Part shown: positions 18,236-28,810 of the stretch, piece after piece | Layout of the letters: every line of letters begins with the position of its first letter | Numbering within the stretch: the first letter of the stretch is position 1 | Virus record (IMG/VR): IMGVR_UViG_3300032116_000013 | Location: 32,001 to 96,000 of that record | Direction: 5' to 3' (one strand) | DNA from: a virus | Length of the DNA stretch: 64,000 nt | Program-made: the position numbers and the translations under genes | The notes under the pieces: model-generated | What the model was told of the DNA's origin: nothing | The model's database searches: none | The model's input: the letters and a program-made list of their open reading frames with translations, nothing else

Positions 18236-20125
18236 ATGACGACCAGACTTCCCAGCATTTATCAAGATTTTATTCACATTTCACGTTACGCAAGATTCAA
18301 CGATGAATTTGGTCGTCGCGAAACGTGGGATGAGACCGTTGATCGTTACATTAGTTATTTTAAAAATAAGACAAACAATAATAAGAACGTTCCATGGGAT
18401 GAGTTGCGTTCAGCAATTCTAAATCTTGAAGTCATGCCATCAATGCGTTGCTTGATGACTGCTGGTCCTGCTCTAGAAAAAGATCAAGTTGCTGGTTATA
18501 ATTGCTCTTACGTTGCCATTGATACGCCAAAGGCATTTGATGAAGTCATGTACATTCTTATGTGCGGCACTGGCGTTGGATTCTCTGTTGAATCAAAATA
18601 CACGAACAAACTTCCTGAAGTGCCAGAAGAACTTCATGATACTGCCACGACTGTTGTCGTTGCTGACTCCAAGATTGGTTGGGCTTCAGCATATCGCGAA
18701 TTTATTTCGCTTTTGTATTCTGGAAAAGTTGCCAAGTGGGATGTGAGCAAAGTGCGTCCTGCTGGTGAGCGTCTCAAGACTTTCGGTGGTCGTGCAAGTG
18801 GTCCAGAGCCACTCGTCGATCTTCTCAAATTTACCCTTAACATCTTTCAAAAGGCACGTGGTAGGAAACTATCCACGTTGGAGTGTCATGACATCGTCTG
18901 TAAAATTGCTGATATTGTCGTTTGCGGTGGCGTTCGCCGTTCTGCTCTCATTTCTCTTACCGACCTCAACGATGACCACTTGCGTCACGCAAAGTCAGGT
19001 GAATGGTGGACAGCGAACGGTCAAAGAGCGTTGGCAAATATATCAGCGGTGTATGATAAAAAGGTAGACATGGATACATTCATGAACGAATGGCATGCTC
19101 TATACATGTCACGTTCAGGTGAGCGTGGTATTTTCTCACGCGCTGCTTCACAGGCTGTTGCTGCCAAGTACGGTCGTCGCGATCCAAAGCATGACTTTGG
19201 AACCAATCCATGTTCCGAAATTATTTTGCGTCCATTTGAATTCTGTAATCTTTCAGAAATTGTTGTGCGCGCAGAAGATGATGTCGATTCATTGAAGCGT
19301 AAGGCACGTCTTGCCACAATCATTGGCACACTTCAGTCAATGCTTACTGACTTCCGTTACATCAACAAGCGTTGGAAGAATAACTGTGACGAAGAGCGTT
19401 TGCTTGGTGTTTCACTCACAGGCATTTGCGATAACAAGTTGCTCAACAAGCCATCACAGAAACTTGCTGACGCGCTCGATTCAATTCGTGAACATTGCGT
19501 TGCTGTAAACAAGGAGTTTGCTGATGAACTTGGTATTCCACAATCTGCTTCAATCACTTGCGTCAAGCCTTCTGGTACTGTTTCACAGTTGGTTGATTCA
19601 GCCTCAGGCATTCACCCTCGTTATTCTCAATACTATATTCGTCGCGTCCGCGCTGACATGAAGGATCCGCTTGCTCAGTTTATGATTAACAAAGGATACG
19701 TTGCTGAAGAAGATTTCTACAGCAAGAGCAACTGGGTGTTCTCATTCCCAATGAAGGCGCCAAAGAACTGCGTCACTCGTCACGATATGACTGCGATTGA
19801 ACAGTTGGAACTTTGGAAGGTCTATCAGGATCACTGGTGCGAACACAAGCCTTCGATCACCGTATACGTCGGTGATGATGAGTGGATGGATGTTGGTGCA
19901 TGGGTGTTTAAGAACATCGCATCGTTGTCTGGCGTTTCATTCTTGCCACGTGACAATGGTTCTTATCGCCAAGCACCATACGAAGAAATTGATGAAGCGA
20001 AGTATAAGGAACTTCTTGCAACTCAGAATGTTGACATCAACTGGATTGAGTTCATGGAAGAAACCGATACGACGACTTCAGCAAAGGAACTTGCTTGCAC
20101 GGCTGCAGGCGGGTGTGAAATTTAA
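18236..20125 (+). CDS. nrdJ: class II (B12-dependent) ribonucleotide reductase
   Basis: TNPCSEI...FCNLSE, TCVKPSGTVSQL, C-terminal ACT...GCEI. Start set at MTTRLP after the AAGGAG RBS. Confidence 0.92.
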   Translation: MTTRLPSIYQDFIHISRYARFNDEFGRRETWDETVDRYISYFKNKTNNNKNVPWDELRSAILNLEVMPSMRCLMTAGPALEKDQVAGYNCSYVAIDTPKAFDEVMYILMCGTGVGFSVESKYTNKLPEVPEELHDTATTVVVADSKIGWASAYREFISLLYSGKVAKWDVSKVRPAGERLKTFGGRASGPEPLVDLLKFTLNIFQKARGRKLSTLECHDIVCKIADIVVCGGVRRSALISLTDLNDDHLRHAKSGEWWTANGQRALANISAVYDKKVDMDTFMNEWHALYMSRSGERGIFSRAASQAVAAKYGRRDPKHDFGTNPCSEIILRPFEFCNLSEIVVRAEDDVDSLKRKARLATIIGTLQSMLTDFRYINKRWKNNCDEERLLGVSLTGICDNKLLNKPSQKLADALDSIREHCVAVNKEFADELGIPQSASITCVKPSGTVSQLVDSASGIHPRYSQYYIRRVRADMKDPLAQFMINKGYVAEEDFYSKSNWVFSFPMKAPKNCVTRHDMTAIEQLELWKVYQDHWCEHKPSITVYVGDDEWMDVGAWVFKNIASLSGVSFLPRDNGSYRQAPYEEIDEAKYKELLATQNVDINWIEFMEETDTTTSAKELACTAAGGCEI

Positions 20126-20142
20126 TTTTTGGGTGTATCTTT

Positions 20143-20976
20143 ATGGACTATAGCGAAAAGTTAAAGAATTTTCCATCAATAAATTTTCCGAGCCTAAAAA
20201 CATCTGAGGCTCGTAGAGACAATATGGTTAATCAGTTTATGAAATATGGGCTTACTAAAAGTAATTGTCTAATAACTGAACCATATGAGAAAATTAAACA
20301 AAACTATAAAATTCATTGCTGGTTTACAGATAGCGGATTTTCTGATTATTGTTCGCATGGAATTAATATAGCATTTTTAACTTTAATCAAACATTGGTAT
20401 GATATGGCTGAAGAAGAATATGCTATTTTCGTTGATGATGATACTGATATTTCTACTATTGATTATTGGTCTTTTACCTGGGATGAATTTGTTGCTAATT
20501 TACCTAAAGATTGGGAATGTGTTCAACTTCTAAGAGAAAATCATTGGGATGGAGATACATACATCAAATATGGGATAGAGGAAATTCCATCATTGTCTTT
20601 AAAACTAAAAAGATGGGACGACTTTGGATCATTTTTTATGATGAAAAGAAGTCACGCTAAAAAAATTCTTGACAGACACTATATTTCTAGAACCGAATTA
20701 GTTATGGATATTGTGCCACCAGATAGACCTGACGTGAGACTTTTTCCAATTGTTGAAAATATGCTATTTACTAATCACGGTACAATTTATAATTTTCCTT
20801 TATTTTTAGAGGCAGTTCAATTTTTAGATTCTTCTTTAAATATGAATAATGCTCCAAAAAATAGCGATGTTTACCAAAAATATTATAACTATCACATAAA
20901 ATCATATCAGTATTTTAAAAAATTGTGGGTTGAAACAGGATTAAACACTCCAATACAAAATATGATGAAACTCTAA
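20143..20976 (+). CDS. glycosyltransferase family 25-like protein
   Basis: FPSIN...RRDNM, AIFVDDD; paralogue of the next gene. Confidence 0.6.
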   Translation: MDYSEKLKNFPSINFPSLKTSEARRDNMVNQFMKYGLTKSNCLITEPYEKIKQNYKIHCWFTDSGFSDYCSHGINIAFLTLIKHWYDMAEEEYAIFVDDDTDISTIDYWSFTWDEFVANLPKDWECVQLLRENHWDGDTYIKYGIEEIPSLSLKLKRWDDFGSFFMMKRSHAKKILDRHYISRTELVMDIVPPDRPDVRLFPIVENMLFTNHGTIYNFPLFLEAVQFLDSSLNMNNAPKNSDVYQKYYNYHIKSYQYFKKLWVETGLNTPIQNMMKL

Positions 20977-20981
20977 CAAAC

Positions 20982-21758
20982 ATGAATTTTTTAGATAAAT
21001 TGAAAAATTTTCCATCGGTCTATGCAATTAATTTACAAGAAAGCATAGATCGAAGGAAATACATGCTAGATCAATTTATAAAATACAATATAAAATATCA
21101 TATCTATGTAACTCCTAGGTTTTCTAGTTTTAAAGATAAAATTGATGTTGTAATTAATTCTCCAAGATTAGAAATCCCAAATCTACACATAGGGGCTACT
21201 ATCTCATTCATAAATGCAATAAAAGCGTGGTACGATAGTTCAGACGAAGAATATGCAATTTTTTGCGAAGATGATATCTCTTTCGAGAGTATAGAATATT
21301 GGAATTTTACTTGGGAAGAATTTTATAGTAAACTACCTTCTGATTGGGAGTGCCTTCAGTTAGTAAGAATGCATTCTGAAATTAACACCAAAACTTTAAG
21401 CGATTTACAGTTAGACTTTAGATGGGGAAGATGGTGGGGTTCTTCTCTCATGATTAAAAGGTCGCACGCTAAAAAATTGTTAGACATTATGTATGTTGGT
21501 CCTGGTAAATATAAAATATCCTCTCAAGATGGGCTATATGATCCTTGTGTTGAAAATTGTTTGATGTTTAATTATAATACTGTATGCAACTTTCCATTGC
21601 TTTTCGAAAATAACTTTGATCACGATCCAGTAGATGGAATAAACGATTCTAATTGGGTTGTTGCTGAAAGTAGAATGATTAGTAACTATATAATACGTCA
21701 TCAATGGAAAACTAAAGGAAAAAGTTTAAATCTTGATGAAATGATGATACTAAAATGA
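20982..21758 (+). CDS. glycosyltransferase family 25-like protein
   Basis: YAINL..SIDRR, AIFCEDDI. Confidence 0.65.
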   Translation: MNFLDKLKNFPSVYAINLQESIDRRKYMLDQFIKYNIKYHIYVTPRFSSFKDKIDVVINSPRLEIPNLHIGATISFINAIKAWYDSSDEEYAIFCEDDISFESIEYWNFTWEEFYSKLPSDWECLQLVRMHSEINTKTLSDLQLDFRWGRWWGSSLMIKRSHAKKLLDIMYVGPGKYKISSQDGLYDPCVENCLMFNYNTVCNFPLLFENNFDHDPVDGINDSNWVVAESRMISNYIIRHQWKTKGKSLNLDEMMILK

Positions 21759-21782
21759 TGGTTATAATATAGGAGATACGAA

Positions 21783-21968
21783 ATGAAGAAGTTTATTCTA
21801 GTTAGTTTAATTGCTCTTGGTCTTGTTGCTTGTGGTGGAGAGGCTCCGGCACCTGCTGAAGCACCTGCTGCTGATGCTCCAGTGGTAGAGGCTCCTGCCG
21901 AAGAAGTTCCTGCTGAAGGCATTTCTGCTACAGCAACTCCAGCAGAACCAGCCGTTGCTGCTGAGTAA
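21783..21968 (+). CDS. small Ala/Pro/Glu-rich lipoprotein
   Basis: Lipobox LVA-C, low-complexity body. Confidence 0.7.
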   Translation: MKKFILVSLIALGLVACGGEAPAPAEAPAADAPVVEAPAEEVPAEGISATATPAEPAVAAE

Positions 21969-21978
21969 TAGGTGATTT

Positions 21979-22389
21979 ATGCGTAAATGGCTCTGGAGAA
22001 GTCTTGGACTGTTATTTGTAGGTTGTGCTTATATTGGCGCAATCGTTCCTGGCATTCCAATGACAACTTTTGCGGTATTAGCACTTTGGTGTTTCGCTAA
22101 AAGTTCTCCAGAACTCCATGACTGGCTGTACAATCATCCAAAATTTGGACCTTACCTGCAAGATTGGAAGTCTAAAAAGATTTATCCAACTCGCGTGAAG
22201 TTTATTATGTTGGGTTGTTGTGCAGCCAGTTACGCATGGCTGATATATATTAGTATGAAGCCAATTGCGTTAGTTTCTATTGGCTTGTTTATGTTATTCT
22301 GGTTAGTTTGGGCGTGGCGTTATCCAGGCAGTCACGAAGAATATGATCGTAGAGTAGCAGCAGGAAAGCGAATTGGTTGGTTAAAATAA
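21979..22389 (+). CDS. YbaN/DUF454-like membrane protein
   Basis: IG...PG.P.T.F..LA..CF.KSS...H.WL..HP.FG signature. Confidence 0.8.
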   Translation: MRKWLWRSLGLLFVGCAYIGAIVPGIPMTTFAVLALWCFAKSSPELHDWLYNHPKFGPYLQDWKSKKIYPTRVKFIMLGCCAASYAWLIYISMKPIALVSIGLFMLFWLVWAWRYPGSHEEYDRRVAAGKRIGWLK

Positions 22390-22407
22390 TATTATTCGGT
22401 GGTAATT

Positions 22408-23397
22408 ATGCAAAATTTTGTAAAATATGTATTAGATAATGGTGGTAAAATATCCCCTCTGGTCATTCCAGCCACATTTACAAATGGGACTGGGCTGTTT
22501 AACCCATCAATATACAAAGATGATACGACAAATTCATTGCTCTTAAATCTAAGACACTGTCAATATACGTTGTATCACTCTGAAAAAAATATCTATGAGC
22601 ATGAGTATGGTCCTCTAGTATACTTAAATCCAGAAAATGATATCACTCTAACTACAACGAATTACTTTTGTACTGTAAATAAAGATACACTTTTAATTGA
22701 ATCATTTTCCCCAATTAATACTAAAGCACTAGACGTAAAACCAATATGGGAATTTGTTGGTTTAGAGGATTGCCGTGTAGTAAGATGGGATAATAAACTT
22801 TACGTCAGCGGTGTTAGAAGAGATACGACGACTAATGGTCAGGGTCGTATGGAATTGTCTGAACTTGCCATACTTGACGGTGAAGTTAAGGAAGTTTCTA
22901 GATTTCGAATTCCTGCCCCAAAGAAAGATGATAGTTATTGCGAAAAGAACTGGATGCCAGTCACAGATATGCCATATCATTATGTGAAGTGGTCTAATCC
23001 AACTGAAGTTGTCAAGGTTGATCCAGTCACTAAAACTTGCACAACAGTTTATTTGGACGAGAGCAAGTTTGTAAAACTTCCTTACGATTACAGAGGAGGA
23101 AGTCAAGTTATTCCTTATGGCGAACACAGAATTGCTCTTGCTCATACAGTAAACTTGTTTAAAAGTGCAGCAGGAAGAAAGAACGCCACATACAGACATG
23201 CATTTATTGTTTGGGATAAAGATTGGAATGTGGTGAAGTATGGGAATCAGTTTGACTTTATGAGAGGAGAAGTCGAATTTTGTGCAGGTATGACAGAATT
23301 CGAAGATAATATTTTGATTTCTTTCGGGTTCCAAGATAACGCTGCATATCTTCTACAAGTTCCAAAGAAAATTTTTGAGGATTTTATCTATGAATAA
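22408..23397 (+). CDS. beta-propeller glycosidase/phosphorylase-like protein
   Basis: FNPSI, GLEDCR, EKNWMP, VEFCAG motifs. Confidence 0.65.
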   Translation: MQNFVKYVLDNGGKISPLVIPATFTNGTGLFNPSIYKDDTTNSLLLNLRHCQYTLYHSEKNIYEHEYGPLVYLNPENDITLTTTNYFCTVNKDTLLIESFSPINTKALDVKPIWEFVGLEDCRVVRWDNKLYVSGVRRDTTTNGQGRMELSELAILDGEVKEVSRFRIPAPKKDDSYCEKNWMPVTDMPYHYVKWSNPTEVVKVDPVTKTCTTVYLDESKFVKLPYDYRGGSQVIPYGEHRIALAHTVNLFKSAAGRKNATYRHAFIVWDKDWNVVKYGNQFDFMRGEVEFCAGMTEFEDNILISFGFQDNAAYLLQVPKKIFEDFIYE

Positions 23398-23992
23398 TTT
23401 GACCAAAAAAGTTGTACAATTTGCTAACGATACAGAAAACGATGAAAGTAATTATGCGTTAGCAAATGAATATTACAATATAGGGCACACTGCTTCCGCT
23501 CTTTCTTATTATTTGAGATGTGCAGAGAGAACAACAAATAAACTTTTGGCGTATGAATGTATGCTAAGAGTGGGGTTGTGTTTTGAAGTTCAAGGTAATA
23601 GAGTTAACAGTGTGCGTGGAGCATACAAACACGCTATCAATATTCTACCTAAAAGACCAGAAGCATATTATCTTTTGAGTAGAATTAATGAGAGAACTAA
23701 TTGGTACATTGAATCTTATATGTATGCTGAAATAGGATTAAACACTATTGATTTTAGTGATGATGCTCAACTAAGAACTGATGTTGGCTATCCAGGAAAA
23801 TATGGATTAATTTTCGAGAAAGCAGTTTCTGCTTGGTGGTGGGGTAAAATTGAAGAGTGCAAGCAACTGTTTACAGATTTGAAATATAATTATGTTTTGG
23901 ATAAGATCCATCTAGATGCAGTAAACAATAATGTGGCAAGACTTGGAATCGACGAATCAATGTATTTGAAGCCTAAATTTGCTTTGACTTGA
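23390..23992 (+). CDS. TPR-like protein
   Basis: Helical repeats such as YALA..YY..G...A; P.RPEAYY.LS. Confidence 0.7.
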   Translation: MNNLTKKVVQFANDTENDESNYALANEYYNIGHTASALSYYLRCAERTTNKLLAYECMLRVGLCFEVQGNRVNSVRGAYKHAINILPKRPEAYYLLSRINERTNWYIESYMYAEIGLNTIDFSDDAQLRTDVGYPGKYGLIFEKAVSAWWWGKIEECKQLFTDLKYNYVLDKIHLDAVNNNVARLGIDESMYLKPKFALT

Positions 23993-24001
23993 GGTTAATT
24001 T

Positions 24002-24802
24002 ATGGGTGACATGGCAACAGTAGTTATTCAAGGACCGTTTAAAGAATACTCGAACAAAGTAGTTAAATCGTTTTTGAATGCACCATTTATTCAAGAAGTG
24101 ATTGTTTCTTGTTGGGATGAGGATAATACTGACTCTTTATCTTCTATTGAAGATTCACGCATAAAATTAGTCAAAACTCAAAAACCAAGCAATCCAGGAA
24201 CTGATAATAGAAATCTACAGATAGTTTCTTCTATAGAAGGAATAAAGAGATCAACTAGTAAAGTAACAATTAAAACTAGAAGCGATCAAGTGTACACAGA
24301 TGAAAGTCTTGTACTGATGGATCAATACTACAAACAAACTAAAGTTGCTGGTGATAAGAGAATATTTGTTTCTGGAATTTATGCTAATCTTTTATATCAT
24401 CCATGTGATCATATCTTCTGGGGTGAAACTGCAGATTTGATTCACCTATTTGATATACCACTAGAAACAAATGGATTGATCGACAAGATAAGAGTAGATA
24501 AGTCAATTCTTCATGAGTATTATCCATTTTTTGTTAGAACTGAAACTTATATCTGCGCAAGATATTGTGCTCAATTTGAGCAGATAATTAACAAATATGT
24601 TTTGCAGCCAGAATTATATCTTTATGATAATTCTCCTAGATGGAACGAGGCACATCATTTTAGCAAAAATGTGATGCCTAAATGTTTTAAATCATTTCCA
24701 AGAACTGGTTTAAGTATGTATTGGGAAGGAAAAAATACAGAATACAAATATAGTTATCAAAGAAAACATAACAATCAATATTGGGCTGAAGAAGGCTATT
24801 AA
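24002..24802 (+). CDS. WavE-like glycosyltransferase-fold protein
   Basis: VVIQGP, EVIVSCW, N.N.QI.S...G, KTRSD, HPCDHIFWG. Confidence 0.7.
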   Translation: MGDMATVVIQGPFKEYSNKVVKSFLNAPFIQEVIVSCWDEDNTDSLSSIEDSRIKLVKTQKPSNPGTDNRNLQIVSSIEGIKRSTSKVTIKTRSDQVYTDESLVLMDQYYKQTKVAGDKRIFVSGIYANLLYHPCDHIFWGETADLIHLFDIPLETNGLIDKIRVDKSILHEYYPFFVRTETYICARYCAQFEQIINKYVLQPELYLYDNSPRWNEAHHFSKNVMPKCFKSFPRTGLSMYWEGKNTEYKYSYQRKHNNQYWAEEGY

Positions 24803-24805
24803 AAT

Positions 24806-26182
24806 ATGAATGAAGCAATTACACAATTAAACACAGACTCTATCCCCCAAACAATTAATCCGAACTTACTAGATGAAATGAATTGGGGTCCTAATGAACC
24901 AAATTTTGTAAATCTACTGAAGTCTGAGATTTTAATTGAAAAAATATATGAGAAATATTTTGAGGTTAGAGAAGGTGATACAGTAGTAGATGTTGGCGCC
25001 AATGTTGGCGCATTTGCAGCCTCTATTCTACACAAAAAACCTAAACATGTTTATTGCGTAGAGCCATCTAATGTCTTGGTAAAGTGCATACAAGAAAATG
25101 TTCTGAAATACTCAGAAAAGAATCCAGTTCCAGTTACAATTGTAAACGCTGCTATTTCTAATGAGAATAAACTCGCAACTGAAATCCCAGATAATGACGG
25201 AGTTTTTGTATATTATAATGAAGGTAATTTATACAATAAAATAACTTTCAAAGAACTATTATCTGTAACAAATATCAAAAAGATAGATTTCTTAAAATTC
25301 GACTGTGAGGGCGGCGAATACGACATCTTTACTAAAGAAAATTATGATTTTATTTCTAACAACGTAAAGCATATGGTCGGTGAGTGGCATATCAATGACC
25401 ATAAAAACGCTGTGGAAAGGTTTATAGAATTTAGAGATTTGTATTTAAAAAATCATAAGAATTTTAAAGTCTTGGAAAGAGACGGTAAGGATGTAACTTT
25501 TGAGATTTTTGATAACAATTTTTTATACAGATTCCAGGAATGGTATCGAGAAACTCAACACGGACAATTTTTTATCTATATGAACAACGACAAACCAGAA
25601 GAAGCATTTCTAATTAATAAAAACTCTAACTCTAAAATTTGGGTTGTAGAAGATTTTTATGTGAATCCATTCATGGTAAGAGACTTTGCTTTAAAGCAGC
25701 AGTACATGGAAGGTGGATTCGGTAGAGGATTCATAGGTAAGAGAACATATCTACAGTTTCTATTCCCAGGTCTGAAAGAGCGTTTCGAAGAAATTATGGG
25801 AGTTAAGATTACTAGATGGGAAGATCATGGAATGAATGGCAGATTCCAGTTGTCTTATGCTGGAGAGCCATTAGTATATCACTGCGACGAACAGAGATGG
25901 GCTGCTATGCTGTTTTTGACTCCAGATGCTCCATTTGAAGCAGGAACAACAATGCACGCGCACAAGAAAACTAGAATGCGCCACAAAGATCACCCTGAAG
26001 TTTATTCTGTATTCACAGGGCATACAACTCTAGATAAAACACCATACGAAGAAGTTGATGTTATCGGGAATGTCTTTAATAGATTAGTTATATTTGACGC
26101 TGGAAACATACACTCTGCTTCTCAGTATTTCGGATACAATAATGATAACTGCAGATTGTGGCAAATGTTTTTCTTCGACTAA
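24806..26182 (+). CDS. FkbM-family methyltransferase fused to a 2OG-Fe(II) oxygenase-like domain
   Basis: VVDVGANVG and KFDCEGGE; C-terminal HCD, YLT-like FLTP..GT, NRLVIFD..H, R..Q.FF. Confidence 0.75.
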   Translation: MNEAITQLNTDSIPQTINPNLLDEMNWGPNEPNFVNLLKSEILIEKIYEKYFEVREGDTVVDVGANVGAFAASILHKKPKHVYCVEPSNVLVKCIQENVLKYSEKNPVPVTIVNAAISNENKLATEIPDNDGVFVYYNEGNLYNKITFKELLSVTNIKKIDFLKFDCEGGEYDIFTKENYDFISNNVKHMVGEWHINDHKNAVERFIEFRDLYLKNHKNFKVLERDGKDVTFEIFDNNFLYRFQEWYRETQHGQFFIYMNNDKPEEAFLINKNSNSKIWVVEDFYVNPFMVRDFALKQQYMEGGFGRGFIGKRTYLQFLFPGLKERFEEIMGVKITRWEDHGMNGRFQLSYAGEPLVYHCDEQRWAAMLFLTPDAPFEAGTTMHAHKKTRMRHKDHPEVYSVFTGHTTLDKTPYEEVDVIGNVFNRLVIFDAGNIHSASQYFGYNNDNCRLWQMFFFD

Positions 26183-26221
26183 AAACTAAATAGGGTTTTC
26201 GTATCATGGAAATTTATTCCC

Positions 26222-26383
26222 ATGAAAAATCCATTTCGTGTTATCAAATCAAAAATTTTAAAACTGAAAACTCTGTTCACATACTTCTCAATAGTAAAAG
26301 AACAGAAAGGGTTCACTGCAGCCGTAAAATTTATTCCTAAAGCATACAGAAGAATAAACAGAAAAAATACCTATATAAAATAG
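26222..26383 (+). CDS. small basic ORF (53 aa)
   Basis: Open frame after CTAAATA, below the ORF-track cutoff. Confidence 0.35.
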   Translation: MKNPFRVIKSKILKLKTLFTYFSIVKEQKGFTAAVKFIPKAYRRINRKNTYIK

Positions 26384-26532
26384 ATGTCTGCCGTGGTGCG
26401 CACGGAGTGGCTGAGAGGAAGCTGGAGGGGCACAATAATAACCCTGCATATCTAAGGCAATTTCCGCCTCAGTGGTAAGGAGTCTGATACTGGCTCACTG
26501 CGGCACCCCGAGAGGACGAGCCTCTACATCTA
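26381..26532 (+). ncRNA. putative structured ncRNA, family unknown
   Basis: GC-rich intergenic island closed by TAGATGT/ACATCTA, with several internal helices. Confidence 0.5.
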
Positions 26533-26550
26533 TTGTATGGAGATATTTTT

Positions 26551-26892
26551 ATGTCAACTCTACCGAATGATGACTATGATTTCGGATTCAGTTTTGCTGA
26601 TGAAGAAACACTGCCATCTGCACCAGTTAAGAATAACAGCAATGATGAAATTGCTGTGCTCCAGGCTAAAATTGACTCTCTATTAGACTCGCAAGAAAAA
26701 GTTATTCAGTCAGCCATGAGTGCTGCTATAGAAGAAAAATATAAGTCTAAACTGCGAGAAGTAGAAGGTTTAATTATGCCGCTACTTTTAAATCTAAAAA
26801 AGAATCCAGACAAAGCGTATATAAATTGGCCAAATAGAGTGCCAGTAATTGATAAGCAAATAGAAAAAATTACTGCAGTAACAAGGAGTTGA
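26551..26892 (+). CDS. conserved hypothetical protein
   Basis: DFGFSF start; PLLLNLKKNP.K.YI.WPNR pattern. Confidence 0.7.
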   Translation: MSTLPNDDYDFGFSFADEETLPSAPVKNNSNDEIAVLQAKIDSLLDSQEKVIQSAMSAAIEEKYKSKLREVEGLIMPLLLNLKKNPDKAYINWPNRVPVIDKQIEKITAVTRS

Positions 26893-26894
26893 GT

Positions 26895-27110
26895 ATGCCA
26901 GATCTAAAACTAACATGTGATAATTGCGGTTCTATGTTCGTGTTGTCTTATGACAACGACGAAGTTAGTTATTCGCCTAGCCATTGCCCATTCTGCGGCG
27001 ATTTCTATGATAATGAGAATGAAGAATTGGATTTTAATGATGATGGTGAATATGATGACGACATTCTTGAAGATCCTTTAGATGATGAAGACGATTTACG
27101 TCGTCATTAA
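26895..27110 (+). CDS. zinc-ribbon protein with acidic tail
   Basis: CDNC...CPFCG. Confidence 0.7.
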   Translation: MPDLKLTCDNCGSMFVLSYDNDEVSYSPSHCPFCGDFYDNENEELDFNDDGEYDDDILEDPLDDEDDLRRH

Positions 27111-27134
27111 CATTAAAAATACAGGAGTTATACT

Positions 27135-27845
27135 ATGAGTGGTTCAGCATTTTTTGATTGGGGGTGGATGCATATCAATGATGTGACTCTAATCACAAAA
27201 GAAATTTTTGTGGATAGGATTTATGAGAGATATAGAGAAGTTAAAGAAAATGATATTGTTATGGATATTGGTGCAAACGTCGGTGCATTTACGGCTTCTA
27301 TCTTAAAAAAGAAACCTAAAAGAATTTTTGCAATTGAACCTTCTAATACTCTAATTAATTCTCTTTGGACTAACACCCGATCAGAATATGTAACCTACAT
27401 AAATGCTGCTATAGAAGATGAAAAAAGAGAAAATGTTGATTCAACTGGAAGAGATACATTTGTTTATAATAACAATGGAAATTATTATAATGCAACAACT
27501 TTTAAGTCTATAATTGATGCGCATGATATCAAAACCATAGACTTTATGAAGGTTGACTGCGAAGGTGGAGAATATTCAGTCTTTAATGAAGAAAACAGAG
27601 AATTTATTTTAAACAATGTTAAATACATTGCTGGAGAATGGCATTTTGCTCCGAGCATACCTCAATTTGCACAAAAATTTAGATTGTTCAGAGACTTGTA
27701 TCTTGCAAATCACAAAAATTTCCACATATTCAATAATTCTAATATAGAAGTAACCGAGCATATTTTTAATGAATATTTTATGGATCTTTACGATTCGCAA
27801 CTTAAAGAAGACGCGCAACTAATGGTATACATTATTAACGAATAA
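27135..27845 (+). CDS. FkbM-family methyltransferase
   Basis: MDIGANVG, KVDCEGGE, GEWH. Confidence 0.85.
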   Translation: MSGSAFFDWGWMHINDVTLITKEIFVDRIYERYREVKENDIVMDIGANVGAFTASILKKKPKRIFAIEPSNTLINSLWTNTRSEYVTYINAAIEDEKRENVDSTGRDTFVYNNNGNYYNATTFKSIIDAHDIKTIDFMKVDCEGGEYSVFNEENREFILNNVKYIAGEWHFAPSIPQFAQKFRLFRDLYLANHKNFHIFNNSNIEVTEHIFNEYFMDLYDSQLKEDAQLMVYIINE

Positions 27846-28402
27846 TGATTTACGTTGGCATAGACTACAGTTTAACTTCGCCTTGCGTTTGTATCTCCAG
27901 AGACAAAACATTCTCAAATAGTTTCTTCTACTTTCTGAATGATCGTAAAACAGTTCTAGGAAAATTTCACAATATTCTTGGCGAACAACACGAAGAATAC
28001 CTAACGGACCAGGAGCGATATGAAAATATTGCTTCCTGGGTTCTAGGAATTCTTGCCGATTTTAAGAAAGAAGAAGTGATGGTCTTGATTGAAGATTATT
28101 CTTTTGGTTCCAAAGGCAGAGTTTTCAACCTTGCCGAAAATTGTGGAATTCTAAAGTACATGCTTTACAAGCAAGGATATAAATTCTTTACAGTTGCACC
28201 AACAGTTATCAAGAAGTATGCAACTGGCAAGGGTAATGCTACGAAAGAAAAAATGTATGATGCGTTTTTAAACGATACTTTTGTAGATTTACATAGTATA
28301 ATAAGTCCTACGACAAAACTGGGCTCACCGACAACTGACATCGTTGACGCTTGGTACATTGCAAGATATATGATAGACAAGACGGAAAAAGAAAAAGTAT
28401 AA
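27845..28402 (+). CDS. RuvC-like Holliday junction resolvase
   Basis: GIDYS, IEDYSF, GKGNA.K, DIVDA acidic residues. Confidence 0.75.
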   Translation: MIYVGIDYSLTSPCVCISRDKTFSNSFFYFLNDRKTVLGKFHNILGEQHEEYLTDQERYENIASWVLGILADFKKEEVMVLIEDYSFGSKGRVFNLAENCGILKYMLYKQGYKFFTVAPTVIKKYATGKGNATKEKMYDAFLNDTFVDLHSIISPTTKLGSPTTDIVDAWYIARYMIDKTEKEKV

Positions 28403-28424
28403 CACATAAAAGAGGAGCGTTACT

Positions 28425-28805
28425 ATGACCGAAAAGGAAATAAACGAAATAGATGGCGCTTTATGGGGACTTACACTTTCCCCTGATGGACAAGAAATTG
28501 AGTGTGACACTACAGTATACAAGTTTAACGACAAAGAAACTCCAATGAATGAGGATATTGGTTCACACAAATATAATATTTTCACGTTCAAGCCTAATGA
28601 GCCAGCAAACACTGCAGAGTTTATGAAGGCTCATATTGGCGATGTGCGTAGATTTATTGACAATTATGCGAAAGCAGGGTATAATGGTCTTATGGTAAAG
28701 GAAGGTTGTATACCAAAAAAGACAATCAAAGACATGATTAAAGTTACTTGTAAGAATTTTGATATTCCACAAAAAACATTGAAACCAATTTTAGCGCAGG
28801 TGTGA
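28425..28805 (+). CDS. hypothetical protein
   Basis: ORF with GAGGAG RBS. Confidence 0.65.
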   Translation: MTEKEINEIDGALWGLTLSPDGQEIECDTTVYKFNDKETPMNEDIGSHKYNIFTFKPNEPANTAEFMKAHIGDVRRFIDNYAKAGYNGLMVKEGCIPKKTIKDMIKVTCKNFDIPQKTLKPILAQV

Positions 28806-28810
28806 TACTT

